From: Azolla caroliniana | Taxonomy: Eukaryota > Plantae > Polypodiophyta | Direction of reading: 5' to 3' | DNA: 64,000 nt | Assembly (NCBI GenBank): GCA_043228905.1 | Contig: JBHGNT010000020.1 | Coordinates: 5,270,001-5,334,000 of the forward strand | Shown here: positions 12,455-25,600 of the stretch, one piece after another | Position numbering within the stretch: the stretch's first letter is position 1 | Layout of the letters: the number at the start of each line of letters is the position of its first letter | The notes under the pieces: generated by a model | Databases searched by the model: none | Told to the model about the DNA's origin: nothing | The model's input: only the letters and a program-made list of their open reading frames with translations | Program-made: the position numbers and the translations under genes

Positions 12455-14657
12455 TTGGCTAGGAGTTCTTTGTCAGTTTCTTCTTCTATAAGTATGTTGA
12501 GTCAACTTTGACTACGACTAGGCTAGGACACCGTTGTCCTTCCTCATTGTCTCCTCGTTCAAGATGTTTTTTTACCGTTTGTAGAGACAAGTTCTCATCT
12601 TGACACAAGCTGCTCAGAGTCACCACCAGGTTCTCCTAGCTGTCCGGCAAGGTACACAATAGCAGGATGGCCTCCATTGCATCCTCAAGGGAAAACTTAG
12701 CTGCAACAAGTTGGTTCACATACCCCATGAATGTGCTTACGTGCTCGACTATGCTTTCCCCATCCTTGTATTCTAGCCTTACAATCTTTGTCATTAGAGA
12801 TATTTTGTTGAGGGCATTCCTCCTCTCATATAGACCTAAGAGATTTTGTCACATCTCATAGGCATTTGTGTCATTCACCACATGCTGAAGGACACTCACA
12901 TCGACACACTGTCTGATGATGGCCACCACCTTTTTGTTTAGAAGTTTCCATTCAGACTCTAGTTTCTCCCATGGGTATTTCTACTTGGTCGATGGGCTCA
13001 TACAAGTCTTTAACTATGAGAATGTCTTCCATCTTTATCTTCCGGTTTGCATAGTTTTGAGTGCTTAGAACTATCATACATGGGAAGCCGCTAACACCTC
13101 CTTCCATCTTTCACCCTGACGCTTTGATACCAGTTTGTTGAGCCACGATCCTTATGATTTGTGAGAAAGACTAACTATGAAATACACAATATGCAGATAA
13201 ACAGAAAAATAGCAAATGCACAATATACAATGTTTAACGTGGAAACCCTAAATGGGGAAAACCACAGGAGAAACAATTCTTCTACTATACAAAAGGAAAT
13301 ACAAGAACGGTTACAACCCTTCTATAATGCTTAGAGGATAACCACTGAGGGTTCTTGATAGGTTTGTTAACCTCTATCGCCTCTCTTTCTCACGCACTCT
13401 CTATCGCCTCTCTGTTACTCTCTGCAGAAACACTATTCTACACTTTTTGTTCTACACTCACTCACTAAAGTTTTCCCTAGGTGTATTTATACTTATACAC
13501 ACTATGAGTTATTTACAAATATGTCTCTACTACTTTCATTCCTATTATTATAGTAGTAGTTAATCAACCAACTAGTGGATTCGACTAATCGATTCTTATG
13601 TCGATTGTCTAGTCGGCCCAACTAGTCAACCTTGTCCTCACTTATTCGGTCAGCCTGTTTGGTCCATCGTGTCTTCGACTTGGATCATTTCCCCTACTAT
13701 CAACTTTCCACAGTCGACTCCTCTTTGTCTTCGACTGTCGGCTCCTCTCATAGGAGGGACATATTCCTAACAAACTCCCCCTTAACTCCTATGGGTGGAG
13801 TTGGTTAGTCCTATCCTCTATCGACAGATTGTAAGTCTGCCAATTGGTAGGTTCTTCGTGAGCATGTCAGATCCATTGTTGTTAGTATGAATCTTCAGAA
13901 GGGTAAACCCTGCTTGTTCCACTTTCTCCTGCAACAAGTGATACCTCCTCTGTATATGTTTAGTTTGGGAGTGCTACACAATGTTCTTGGCTAGATGTAT
14001 GGTGTCCTGGCTGTCGCAAGAAAGCACAAACTCCCTTTGCTTCATTCCCAACTCACTGAGAAAATTTCTCATCTAAATTAGCTCTTTTCCGGCCTGTACC
14101 GCTGCCATATACTTTGCCTCTGTGGTCGACAAAGCCACAGACTTCTGCAGTTGTGACTGTCACGACACTGCTCCCCCTGCACAGATCATCACGTACCCTG
14201 ATGTGGATCAGCTAAAGTCTGCATCCCCTAACATGCCTGAGTCAGTAAAACCTTTGAGCATAGGTTTCCGACACCATACCTAAGGCATACCCCCGAGGTG
14301 CCTTTCAAGTACGTGAGTATCCACATTACTATTGTGAAGTGTTCTCTACTTGGATTACTCATGTATTGGCTTATTCTTCCCACATCAAATGCTATATATC
14401 TGGTTTCGTAGAGACCAGAGCATACATTAAACTACTGACGACCGAGGCATACAGTACTTTCCTCATCCCAACCTTTTCTTTCTCCCCTCTTGGACATTGT
14501 TTTGCATTTAGCTTGCAGTTGATCGGCAACATAGAACTGACTGCCTTTGCTTCCGACATGTTGAATCTTTCTATGATCTTTGTCACATACTTCTCTTGTG
14601 ACAACCACAACAATTTCTTAGTTCTGTCTCCAACTATGTGCATCCCTCAAATCTGTT
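12455..14657 (-). mobile_element. Copia tandem junction: RT/RNase H - PPT - LTR (13136-13772) - PBS - gag
   Basis: On the - strand: RT (LSQEKYVTKI...), PPT 13773-13789, TG..CA LTR, PBS 13121-13132, gag MEGGVSGFP; same family as 27653-32916. Confidence 0.85.
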
Positions 14658-14729
14658 TGTCAAGATTAGTACTAAGATAGAGAGGGAATTAGTCCTACAA
14701 GATGAGTATTAGTACTAAGAGGGGTGTAG

Positions 14730-14806
<77 letters not shown>

Positions 14807-16043
14807 TGATAACAAAAGATATATATTTTATGAAGAAAATATACAAGAATAGGGCTGAAGATTGGCGTTGAACCGATTTGGTTCTCAATAATGCCATGTG
14901 CCTCTTTTTATAGTGGCTTAGGAATACTCTAGAAATGTGGCTTAGGAATGCTCTTGACATTTCTAGAATGTTCTAGATAAATCTAGAATATAGATGGATT
15001 TCTTCGGTGAAATAATAAATGGAAATATTTTTTATTTATTACAATGTATAGCTTAATGGTAAGGCTTCAACCCATATGACACAAGGTCATAGGTTCAAAT
15101 CCTTTTGAAGCCATACCACGGTATATCATGACACTTCCCCCCTTAAGGATATATTATGTGAAAAGAATATACAAGGATAGCTAGGAGGCTTAAGATTAGC
15201 GTTGAACCGATTTGGTTCTCAATAATGCCATGTGCCTCTTTTTATAGTGGCTTTAGGAATACTCTTGACATTTCTAGAATGTTCTAGAGAAATCTAGAAT
15301 ATACATGGATTTCCTAAATGAAATAATAAATGGAAATAATATTTTTTATATTACAATGTATAGCTTAATGGTAAGGCTTCCGCCGATGTGCCTGGCCACA
15401 AAGGTTATGGGTTCAAATCTTTTTGAAGCCATACCATGCAAAATCATGACACTACCCCCCACCCCCCTTAAGACAACAAGTGCGACGAGTCGTCTTAAAT
15501 GGAGGACTTGGCTTGTCGTGATATGGCCGATGAAAGTCCTCAACAAGAGCTTGAGCATTTACCACATTCTCGACTGGTTCCCAAGTACGCTCACTTGGAC
15601 CATGCCTAGCCAATTGACCAAGTAGTAGAGCTTGTTGCGAACAATCTTGGAATCAAGGATGGCAACTACTTCGTACTCTGGTCCGGCTTAAAGCTCGATC
15701 GGGGGTGGAGGTGGTGTTATACGATTTGGAATAGTGTTGTCTTGATATGGTTCGAGAAGAGAACTATGAAAAACCTGATGTATCTGCAGTTGCGGAGGTA
15801 GATCAAGACGAAAAGCGACATCATTAATTTTTCCGATAATACGGAAAAGACCATACCCGATCTCCAATGTTAAATCTAGATCGAAGCCAATGAAGATCCA
15901 GATAATCCTTCTGTGTTTGTTGAGCTTGTTGTAAATGAGTAGATAAGTCCGCATGTATCTTGCATAGTTGCTCCAAACGATCCTCTGCACAAGGATTGGT
16001 TACAAACACCGAATATACTGTTCCAGCGTTTGCTTCGCTCGTT
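14658..16043 (-). mobile_element. 3' end of Tcn1-like chromovirus: integrase/chromodomain, PPT, partial LTR (15147-15451), second PPT, full LTR (14658-15133)
   Basis: RIIGKINDVAFRLDLP...VFHSSLLEPY and chromodomain; LTRs homologous to 46802-47237. Confidence 0.85.
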
Positions 16044-18027
16044 TTTCAACAAGAATGTACAAAATCGAGTGTGGTTCTTCAAACACAACATAAAACAATA
16101 ATAGTGAAGATACTATTTTATACTAGTTTAATATCTTGGTACAAAAAGATAGAGGTCTTCAAGAGCTTTCGAATACACCTTAACACATAAGAAAAAGACA
16201 ACTAAGTGGCAAGCTATGTGGGTCTAAAATTTGCGAAGAAGAAGAGAAAAAACAAAACTACAAGATATCCACATAGATAGGACAAATAAGGATCCCAGAT
16301 TATATAAGCAGGGCCAAAATCTATTAGTTTGTATCTATGAGTGGATCATAGAATGTTTAAGGTGACTTGAGCTAAACTAACCGGATCAATGGGTGTGGCC
16401 TAACTACTTGTAAAGGTTTTGGCCAGACGGAGCCGGCCAGACGGCAACCGGCGACTAAGATTGGGACTGCATGGCAACGGACAGGATCGCATCAGGATCG
16501 GATTGAACTAGACGGATAAGTCGGTTGATCGCGGTGCATGGTGTTTTGAAGATTTTCGGTGTAAATACAAGACCAAAAGCCTAGTAGTATTTTGTGTTTT
16601 ACAAGGGATATGAGGAAGGCTTGAACCTTGTACCTCCAAGTACCACTAAGCCATGTCATTTCTTTAAAAACTATATTTTTATCATTATACTTTTACATGT
16701 AAATTCTCATACATGAGAGCTTAGATGATGACATGGCAAGCATGCATTTCATGCATTACGTGCATTTCTTGCACCCTCACATGCACCATATGGGTGAATT
16801 TCGGGAGGGGGGAATGAAGAAAACCATGGAAGATGCTGAGGCGACTCATGTGGATGCAATGCACTATGCTGGATTGGCCAAAATAAGAGTCCACAAAGAC
16901 AAAATAGAAGCTGCAAAAGTGGGAGCAAAGTTTTGGTCTACCATTCTCGAGTATGAGAAGAAGGGAAAAGTCACTTCGAACGAGGTAGAGCTTGCAAATC
17001 GAAGTGTACAAAGTATAACCGGATGGTCGGATCCAGTGGATGACTACACCATACTTGCGAAAGTGATGTGCAACAACCACGAGGTTTTCGTCGAAGAAAA
17101 GAGAAAAAAAATAGAAGAGCAAGGCCCATCTAAAAGACATGAAACAAGGAACATGAAAAACAAGGAAGATGCGGAAACAAGTCGAGCTTTACAAATGGAG
17201 GAACGAGAATCAAGCCGAAAAAGGGAGTCAAGCAAACGAGTCGAAGAAACGGTTCAGCCCGTGAAGGTTGGTGTCGATGACCCCGCTCGGAAGACAAGAA
17301 CTATGCCTACCTATAAGCTAAGGTCGGACATAGAGCAGATGACAGACTTCAAGAAGATTCTTGAGGAACACATTCTTGATAGCCACGTGACTTTGTCCTT
17401 AACGGAATTACTCGGCATTACAAAGAAGGAGTTCCATGACACGATCGTGGACCTTGTGAAGAGAAAGAGGCAACAATCGGACGAGGAAGAAGAGAAGCCA
17501 CTAAAAGCAAAAGTAAATGCCATAACGATGGCAAGAGACGAAGTCGATGAAGATATGGTGGACAATCACTATACTTGACCTCATTGGGCACGAGCGACAA
17601 CGGAGACGCCGGTGAAGATTGGGGAGAAGAAAGAGATCGTGGTAGCCTTGATTGACCATGGCTCGAAGATCAACGGAGTGTCAACCGAGTTCTACAAAAA
17701 AGGAAGATGGCCAATTAATACAAACCACGGATGGAAGATTCGAGCGGCAACAAAGGCGACAGAAGACTTGTACAGAGCTTGTCCAAATGTTAAAGTGACG
17801 ATCGGGGATGTGGAGATGGATCAACAGTTCTTCGTACAAGAATCGGCTTCGCATCCTATCATCCTAGGTCCACCGTATATCACATCATCCTAGATGGAGA
17901 CCAAGGTGTTCGATAATGGAGCAACCTTCGCACAAATAAAGAGTGTTGACAATCAAAGATTTGTTCAATTCCTAACGGTGTGAGCTAATCATGAATGAAA
18001 TCAAGACAGACTTGGAGGCGAATCCTC

Positions 18028-18090
18028 GGATTTTTAGAGCGGACTATTGAAGCATGGGGCACAAATAGTCCGAGCGATCACAATTCCCCA
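18028..18090 (+). promoter_or_regulatory. Putative -1 ribosomal frameshift signal (G_GAU_UUU + pseudoknot) between protease and RT
   Basis: G GAT TTT TAG in the protease frame; 9-bp stem cggactatt/aatagtccg 5 nt downstream; loop tgggg pairs with cccca 18086-18090; the following ORF is in the -1 frame. Confidence 0.75.
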
Positions 18091-20187
18091 CAAGAAAGTA
18101 GAGCGTGTGGATTGCGAGAAGCAACATGTGTCACACCTAGTGGCACATGTAAACTAGTACTTCCCAACAAGAAGGACAAGCGTCGGATACATGACTTCAA
18201 GAAGATGCTGAAAGAAGAAAACATAATAGAAGAAGAAGAGTTCGTGACTCATATTTTGGAAGAAGCCTCATTTAACAACACCATTGGCGAAATGAAGGAC
18301 GTCGTGGACTTTAGCTATCTTTAGGATCGACATGTGATTTCGGTTAACTCCATCAACATGTACGCTATCATCAATGAATATCATCAAAGGATCTGGATGA
18401 AGGAAGCTGACATTAACACAAAATATAAAACGGTGGATAGGAAGATCAAGCCAGTTGTGGTTCCGCTACCGAAAGATAGCTGGCAAAAGATGAAGGAAGT
18501 CGTGAACGATCCAAGCTTAAGAGATGCAAAGGCAAATAGGTCATGTCTTCACCGAAGAGATGAAAGGAAAGCTACAAGGTGGAATGGAGGATTTCCTCCT
18601 CCCTGAAGAGGAGCGAATGTTTCGCAACATGTCTGAGAGTCATGGGAAGGCTTTCACATTTTTCCCACAAGAAATCGGATGTGTTGATCCAAGGACAATA
18701 GAGCTGATGGTAATCTTCATGGTGCCGCATGTGCCTTGGAATTTGAAACCGATACCGTTTCCGAGAGCACACCTACCGAAGCTAATCGAGCTCTCAAAGG
18801 AGAAGGTGAATATGGGAATTCTGGAACCATCGAATGCTCCTTATTCTAATAGGTGGTTCACGGTGCCGAAGAAAAATGGATCATTGAGATTCATCCAAGA
18901 TCTTCAACCCGTCAACAACGTGACAATTCGGAATGCTGGAATTGGTCCGAGCGTGGATGAATTTGCGAAAGCTTTTGCGGGGCGGTCCATCTACTCCATT
19001 GGTGATCTCTACTATGGATACAACCAATTCCAGTTGGCAATCGACAGTCAAGACATTACAACCATGAGGACTCCGATCGGGCTCGTGCGGATGTGTACCT
19101 TGCCTCAAGGTGCAACGAACTCGGTGGCTCACATGGTGAATGCCATGAACAAGGTCTTGAAGGATTGCATCCCGGACATCACGATGCCATGCTTGGATGA
19201 TATTATGATAAAAGGATGTTCGGATGAGGAGAAAGATGAATCGAAAGATAAGGAAGGGTGTAGAAAGTTCGTCGCGGATCATATGAAAGATTGTGAGAAG
19301 GTGCTCCAAAGGCTCGAAGATGCAAATTTTCGGGAGAAATATCTGCATTCGAGCAACCAGAGGTCTTGGTGGTAGGTCACTTGTGCGGAGCATACAGCCG
19401 GAAGCCTTCGCCATCCAAGGTGAATGCAATCCAGGATATGAAAGAAGAATGTGTAAACCAAACGGAGGTTCCAAGGTTCCTTGGAGCATGCACGTTTTAT
19501 CATATCTGGATTCCGCACTATGCTCATGTCGTCGAGCCTTTATATGCATTGATAAAGAAAAGAATGAAGTTCGAATGGCGAGAGGAGCACACAAACGCAA
19601 TGCGAAGATTGAAGAAACTACTTCTGGATGTTCCAACACTAGGATAGGTCGACTATACCGAAGGGAAGCCAAATTATGTGACTGTAGATACGAGCCCAAC
19701 CAAAATCGGGTGGGTCATCAACCAAGAAGGAGAAGATAATGCACGGTATGCCATCCGGTTCGAAGCAAAGGTTCTTAGCGAACGACAATCAGGATACGCC
19801 CAAGTCAAGCGGGAACTTTGGGGTATTGTGTCGGCAGTGAAGACGGATAAAGACTACCTGATTGGGTCGGAAGTGATAATTGAGACAAATTGTCTCCCAA
19901 TCCTCGGGATGATCTCTAGATGTGTGACCCCAGATCTAGCTATGCTAAGGTGGATCGCCTATATCAAGTATTTAAGCCTAGAGATCCTCCACATTGCAGG
20001 GAAGAAGAACACCATGGTTGACATGCTGTCGAGGGCAAGATTTGAGAATGAAAATGACATGGTTTCGGAAGATGAAGACGTCACCCTCGACTTCTTCAAG
20101 ATGGCTCGAGTATCGGCAGAAGACAAGGACACGCTAACCCACCATGCCTTCAATGAGGATGAGTACCAAGGAGAGTGGTTACTGATC

Positions 20188-21810
20188 ATCCTGGACGTCG
20201 TCTTCTTCAAAGGCCCATACTTTAAAGAATTCGGCATCCTCGACACCGCATGCCACCAAAAACCTCTCAATGCCTACATGTACCTCCCGTGGAAATCCTC
20301 GCACCCCATAGCACACAAAAAGGGCTTCATCACGGGAGAACTAAAACGGTATGCTATCCGGGAGAGCTCGGAAAATGGCTACATGGAACTACGCAAAAAG
20401 TTCTACGACCGCCTAAGAGCTAGGGGCTACCCATCGAAGTTCCTACTCAAGTGTTTTTCGACCGTCCCCTACTCCATACGAAACCAACTACTCTCTAACC
20501 AACCCAACAACAAAAAACCTCCACCCATTGTTTTTAAGCTTCGATACTCCCCATGTATCAAAAAACTCCAAATCGGAGCGCTCGTGAGAAACAAACTTAA
20601 ACCCCTTCTAGGACAACCACAATACAGTTCCCTTACACCCCCTCTCACGTGTTGGCTAAATGGTAAAAAACTAAGAAACCACCTAGTACACGCATCCTTT
20701 CCCCCCACCTAATGTTTTATGTACTCTCACCCCTCTTAACCCCCACCTAAAGTCTTGTGTACACTCTTTTACCTTCCCTTTGTACACACTTTTGTATGTC
20801 CCACATACAAAGGACTCTCCTCCCTCTCCCTATAAAAAGAGCAACCTAGTAGGCTTAGTTTTCATCATTTGTACATCGGGCACTGAAGAGCCTCCATCGA
20901 GGCGAAATGCATTTGCAGATCGTTGCCTTATGATAGTAAAACTTTCTTTTCTTCTATGTGTTGCTCTTATCTAATTTTTTGTCTTAAGTTCTTAAGTACT
21001 TATTTAATAAATTTTTATTAAGTACTTGTTTAATCACTTTTTTATCAATTTTTTTTTTTTTTGTCTTAAGTTTTTAAGTATTTATTTAATCATTTTCTAT
21101 TAAGTACTTGTTTAATAATCATTTTTATTACGTACTTTTTTAACCCCTTTTTTTTAAGTACTTGTTCAATCTTTTTTAGGTTTAACTTTTTGTTTAATCA
21201 TTTGTTTAAGTATTCTCCTCTCTTAATCATAATCATTCTCTTCTCAACCATGACCCCTTTTCTTTAACCATAATCCCTCCCTTCTCTTTTAATCATAACC
21301 TTGCGTTAAGTGTCTGCCCAAGTGTTTTCTTATCTAAATATTTGTTTAAACATTCGTTTAAGTACTTTGTTTAGCAACCCCTTCCCCCTTAATCATAATC
21401 CCTTCTTAACCATAATCATTTTTTAATCTCAATCTCTCTTTTCTATTTTTATTTTTATTTTTATTTTTTATAATAATCTTTCTTTTAAGTGTTTGCTTAA
21501 GCGTGTGTTTAAACAACTCCCGTTCATCTAAGCGTGTGGTCCCGTTTTAATAATACTCTATATTGGTGTTTTAATAGTACTTTATTGTTGTCTAATAACT
21601 TAAGGTATCCCAATGATCTTTAATATGTTCTAAAAACTTTGATTAGGTTTAAATACTTTTGATAACTTCAACAAGCTACACTCCCCTAACCCCCACCCAC
21701 GCCCTCACTTTTCTATTCTTCTAAAACTATATCACTACTTATGTTTAGACATACAAATAAGATCTAAACTTGAGTCCACCCCAAACAACCCCCGATGAAG
21801 TGCCGCACAC
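20188..21810 (+). mobile_element. 5'-truncated Penelope-like element (RT C-terminus/thumb, no C-terminal GIY-YIG, pLTR-like tail)
   Basis: LDVVF...HQKPLNAYMYLPWKSSHP..KKGFITGELKRY...FYDRLRARGYP...KLRNHLV is PLE RT thumb-like; composition differs from the flanking gypsy; hammerhead-like cores downstream. Confidence 0.8.
20877..20928 (+). ncRNA. Hammerhead ribozyme-like motif (type I layout, probably degenerate)
   Basis: CUGAAGA - gcctc/catc/gaggc stem II - GAAA - tgc/attt/gca hairpin; ggca/tgcc stem I; cleavage triplet not in perfect register. Confidence 0.55.
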
Positions 21811-22694
21811 TTTAAGCAATCTTAACGAAGCAATGGAGCTCTTCGAACGACTAGGCGTGAAGCTCTCCCTCACGACTGCCTACAATCTAGAAGCAAATGG
21901 GAAGATTGAGCGAGGGTATGGACCAATCGTCAAAGGCATCATACGAGCATGCAACGGTCGAGTTGGTAATTGGCCACGACTATTGCCCTATGCCTTGTGG
22001 GCCGACAGAACTACACATAGTTCAATGATAGAGTATATGCCAACAGAGCTTATGTATGGACAGAAGCCGGTAATGCCCATCGAAAAGACGATCGCCTCAT
22101 GGGTAGCGTTACCATGGGAGAACGAGATGAGCCAAGAAGAATTATTAGCGGCATGGATAAGGCAACTTGAAAGTAGACCTAAAGATCTAGAAAAACCACG
22201 AAAGATGATGGAGGCAGCCCGAGTGAAGAACAAAATTCGGTTCGACAAGACGCATCGACTGCGTCCCAAGAAGATCGAAGAAGGAGATTGGGTATTGGTC
22301 AGCGACAACAGCCTTGACAATCAACACAGTACAACAAGAAAGTTCGCGAGAAGATGGTTCGGACCGTATGTAGTCATAAGTGCCAACGACAATGCCACAT
22401 ACCACCTTGCGGAGCTAGATGGATCAAGGTTGGACATACCCATTGCGGGAAAAAGATTAAAGATTTTCAAGAAAAGACCAGACGAGGACCCTGACCTCGA
22501 TCACCTCGACGATGAAGATAGTAGGACGGAACCTACAAACTTGAGTTATGTACATGAGGACGTGGAGGAATTTGATTGATCACCGTAGCCGAAATCTCAC
22601 ACTCTCTCTTCTTGGCACGTACCGAAGGACATGCGTTTTGGTGGGGGTGGATGTTGTAAAGATTTTCGCCAACGGTGTGAAAATTGAATGGAAT

Positions 22695-25600
22695 TGTAAA
22701 AGAATATGTGTGCGGAAGCATATGCGAAACATAGAGTACACAGTTCGGAGAACGACAGTTTGGTAAAACACAAAAAACGCAGAGATGGACATGGAGAGAC
22801 ACAGAGAGAGAGTAGACAACTCAGTTCTTTTTGAAAATAATGACACTCTGTAAATACATCGTGCTCAGTGACCCTAACTATCAAGCTGACAAACCCTAAC
22901 TATCAAGTTGACACAAGTACTAATAGTACTTGAATGCTCATAAATGAGCCTACTACACTAACTCCCAAATCTATTCCTTACGAGGAATACCATACTAACG
23001 GCCTTTCGGTTTATGCACCGATACGACCACGTAATGTGTACTGTTTTACGCACCCAGTCTACGCACTGGGTTATGCACCGTGTTACGCACCCAATGTTGA
23101 GCTTGTCACTCAACACTCCCCCTCAAGCTCCCACTTGATTTTCCATCTGCTCTTTTGGATCTACGCTCCAGTTCCTTCTGGCTTCACACCTCGATCATGC
23201 TCCTCGACCCATTCGATTCCGCGCTCTTCGACCCTTCTGGTCAGCTTGTCAGCTTGTTCAGCCCTTCTCAGCTCCCTTGCTGTCTCCAATTCGTCTTCAA
23301 TCTTTAGGCCTTTCACAATGTCAGACCACGTCTTGGTCTTGGTCGTACCTGCCCCTGATTCGGCGGTCCTCGCCTCTTCCCTACGATTACGGCCCTTGCT
23401 CTCTTCTTCGGCTTCTTCAGCTGGTCCGAAATCGAATTCTACATCCGACTCCACATCACGGTCACTTCCACCACGATGATCACCTCCGCTCCTTTCACTC
23501 TTTTGTTCCTGTCTCCCCCTCAAGTTCGGCGTGTCGAGGTGACACAACCCAAGCTCACCTGATAAATGCCATAACTTGTCGAGACCAAGAGGCTTGGTGA
23601 AAATGTCAGCAACCTGTCGATTCGTCGGAACATACGCTAGTTCGACGTCACTTGAAAGCATCTGCTCGCGGACAAATTGGTAATGCACCTCAATGTTCTT
23701 GGTCCGGGCGTGGAATATAGGGTTTTTCGCAAGGTAGATACTGCTGAGGTTGTCGTAATAGATCGTTGTCAGATTGGACACCTCTACATGCAAATCCCGT
23801 AATAACCGTTTCAGCCAAATGACTTCACACGTAACGACGGTCGCCCCTTGATATTTGGCCTTTGTGCTCGACAGTGCCACTGTCGACTGCTTTTTGCTGA
23901 TCCACAGATCGCCACACTTCCCAGTGAGAATGCGTATCCAGATGTGGATCTACGATCGTGGGCATTTCCGGCGCAATTAGAATCTGTGTAGCCAACTAAT
24001 TGTTCCGCTACACCTGCTTGATATAGCAATGCCATGTCTTTCGTGCCGCTTACAAATCGCAATATCCTTTGCGCGCACTGAAAGTGTTCGGCCGTAGGCT
24101 GCGACATAAATTGACGGATTAAGCCGACCAAGTAGCTAAGATCCGGCCGAGTAATCGTCAAATAGATGAGGCTTCCGACAATCTGTCGAAACCGTGTCGG
24201 GTCGCATGCCTTTCCCGAATCTCGGTGAAGCTTTGCGTTTCTATCCAGAGCGGTCGAGATGGGCTTACAGTTTGCCATCCCAAACTTGAAGAGAATATTG
24301 AGCACGTAATGATGTTGGTTGATCAATATGCCTTCGGGGGTACGGATCACTTCGATCCTGAGGAAGTAATAGATCCTTCATTTCAAATGATGCCGTAAGT
24401 GGAGACTTTACGCGGCGGATTTCGTTCAGGTCGGCACCAACGATGATTAAATCATCAACATATAACAAAAGGCTTAGCGAGCCGTGTTGACCTTGCCAAA
24501 CAAATAATGAAGAGTCAGACTTCAATGTCGAAAACCCCATCTTCCGCAACCATTGCGTAATCTTTGCGTTCCAAGCTCGCGGGGCTTGCTTGAGTTCGTA
24601 AAGTGACTTCTTCAGTCGGCAATCCGGGGGGTTGTACCATGTACACCTGTTCCAAAAGATCGCCTTGTAGGAACGCGTTCTTTACATCCATTTGATGTAA
24701 AGGCCACCCCTTCGCCGCTGCTATGGCTAGCAGGATATGCACGGTAGTCATTTTCTTGATCGGCTTCACACCCTTTGGTGCATCAACCAGGTCCCATGTC
24801 TCATTCTGCATTAAGGCGCGCATCTCTTCCTCCATTGCGGCATGCCAATTTGCGTCTTTCACCGCTTCTACGTAGCTCCCCGGCTCATGCACCATGTATT
24901 CATTGTACCCATATCTCTTCACGGGGTTCTTCAAGTAGGTAGATCGGCGTAATTCATGATTACCCAATTTCACGACCTTTCAGCCAAATTTGACCTCTTG
25001 CACGGAGGTTCCTTTACGGTCGGCTTGATGTCAGATTCGCTCCGAACTGACTCAACGCTGCCAAAATCGTACTCCAACATTTTCTTCTTGCCCTCTCCTT
25101 GCACGTAAACCGTCTCTTCGGTTCTTTACGCGGGGACATCACGACTGAGTCTCCACTACTTGCCGTCTCTTCAATAGGTTGGCCATTTCGGCCCAACCCC
25201 TCATTCGGCCCACTTAGCCAAAATGAGATCGGACTCTCTCTTAGAGCTCCGATTTCTTCATCGTGCGGAGGCATTTCGGCCTCGCTAACTTCGTCCTTAG
25301 GACTCAGAATGGAGTCATGAGGAGTTGGAGGTGAAGGCAAGTACCACGAAGCAGATTCGTCGAACACGACATCTTGACTTACGCGTACTTCCTTTGCTTG
25401 GGGGTTATTACATTTATACCCCTTCTGCTTGTCTAGATAGCCGACTAAGATGCACTTTTCAGCTTTGGCGTCCAACTTCCTCATCCTTTCCTTTGGCACA
25501 TACACATGCAATGCTGTTGAAAATCCTCAAGTGTGCCAAGTTCGGTTTCTTCCCAAACTACAATTCATGTGGCAACACTCTGCCATTAGCAGAAGTCCAA

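Larger units (their letters stand above)
16046..22651 (+). mobile_element. Non-chromoviral Ty3/gypsy element: partial LTR, gag remnant, protease, RT, RNase H, (Penelope insertion), integrase, PPT
   Basis: ALIDHGS protease; RT LPQGATNS/LDDI; RNase H TVDTS...KRELWG; integrase TTAYNLEANGKIER...WFGPY; PPT ggtgggggtgga at 22640-22651. Confidence 0.9.

Noticed and set aside
19678-20712. Novel RNase H-RT thumb fusion protein as a functional gene
   Set aside because: Upstream gypsy pol is frameshifted and the PLE part lacks the catalytic RT core; an in-frame junction has about a 1-in-3 chance
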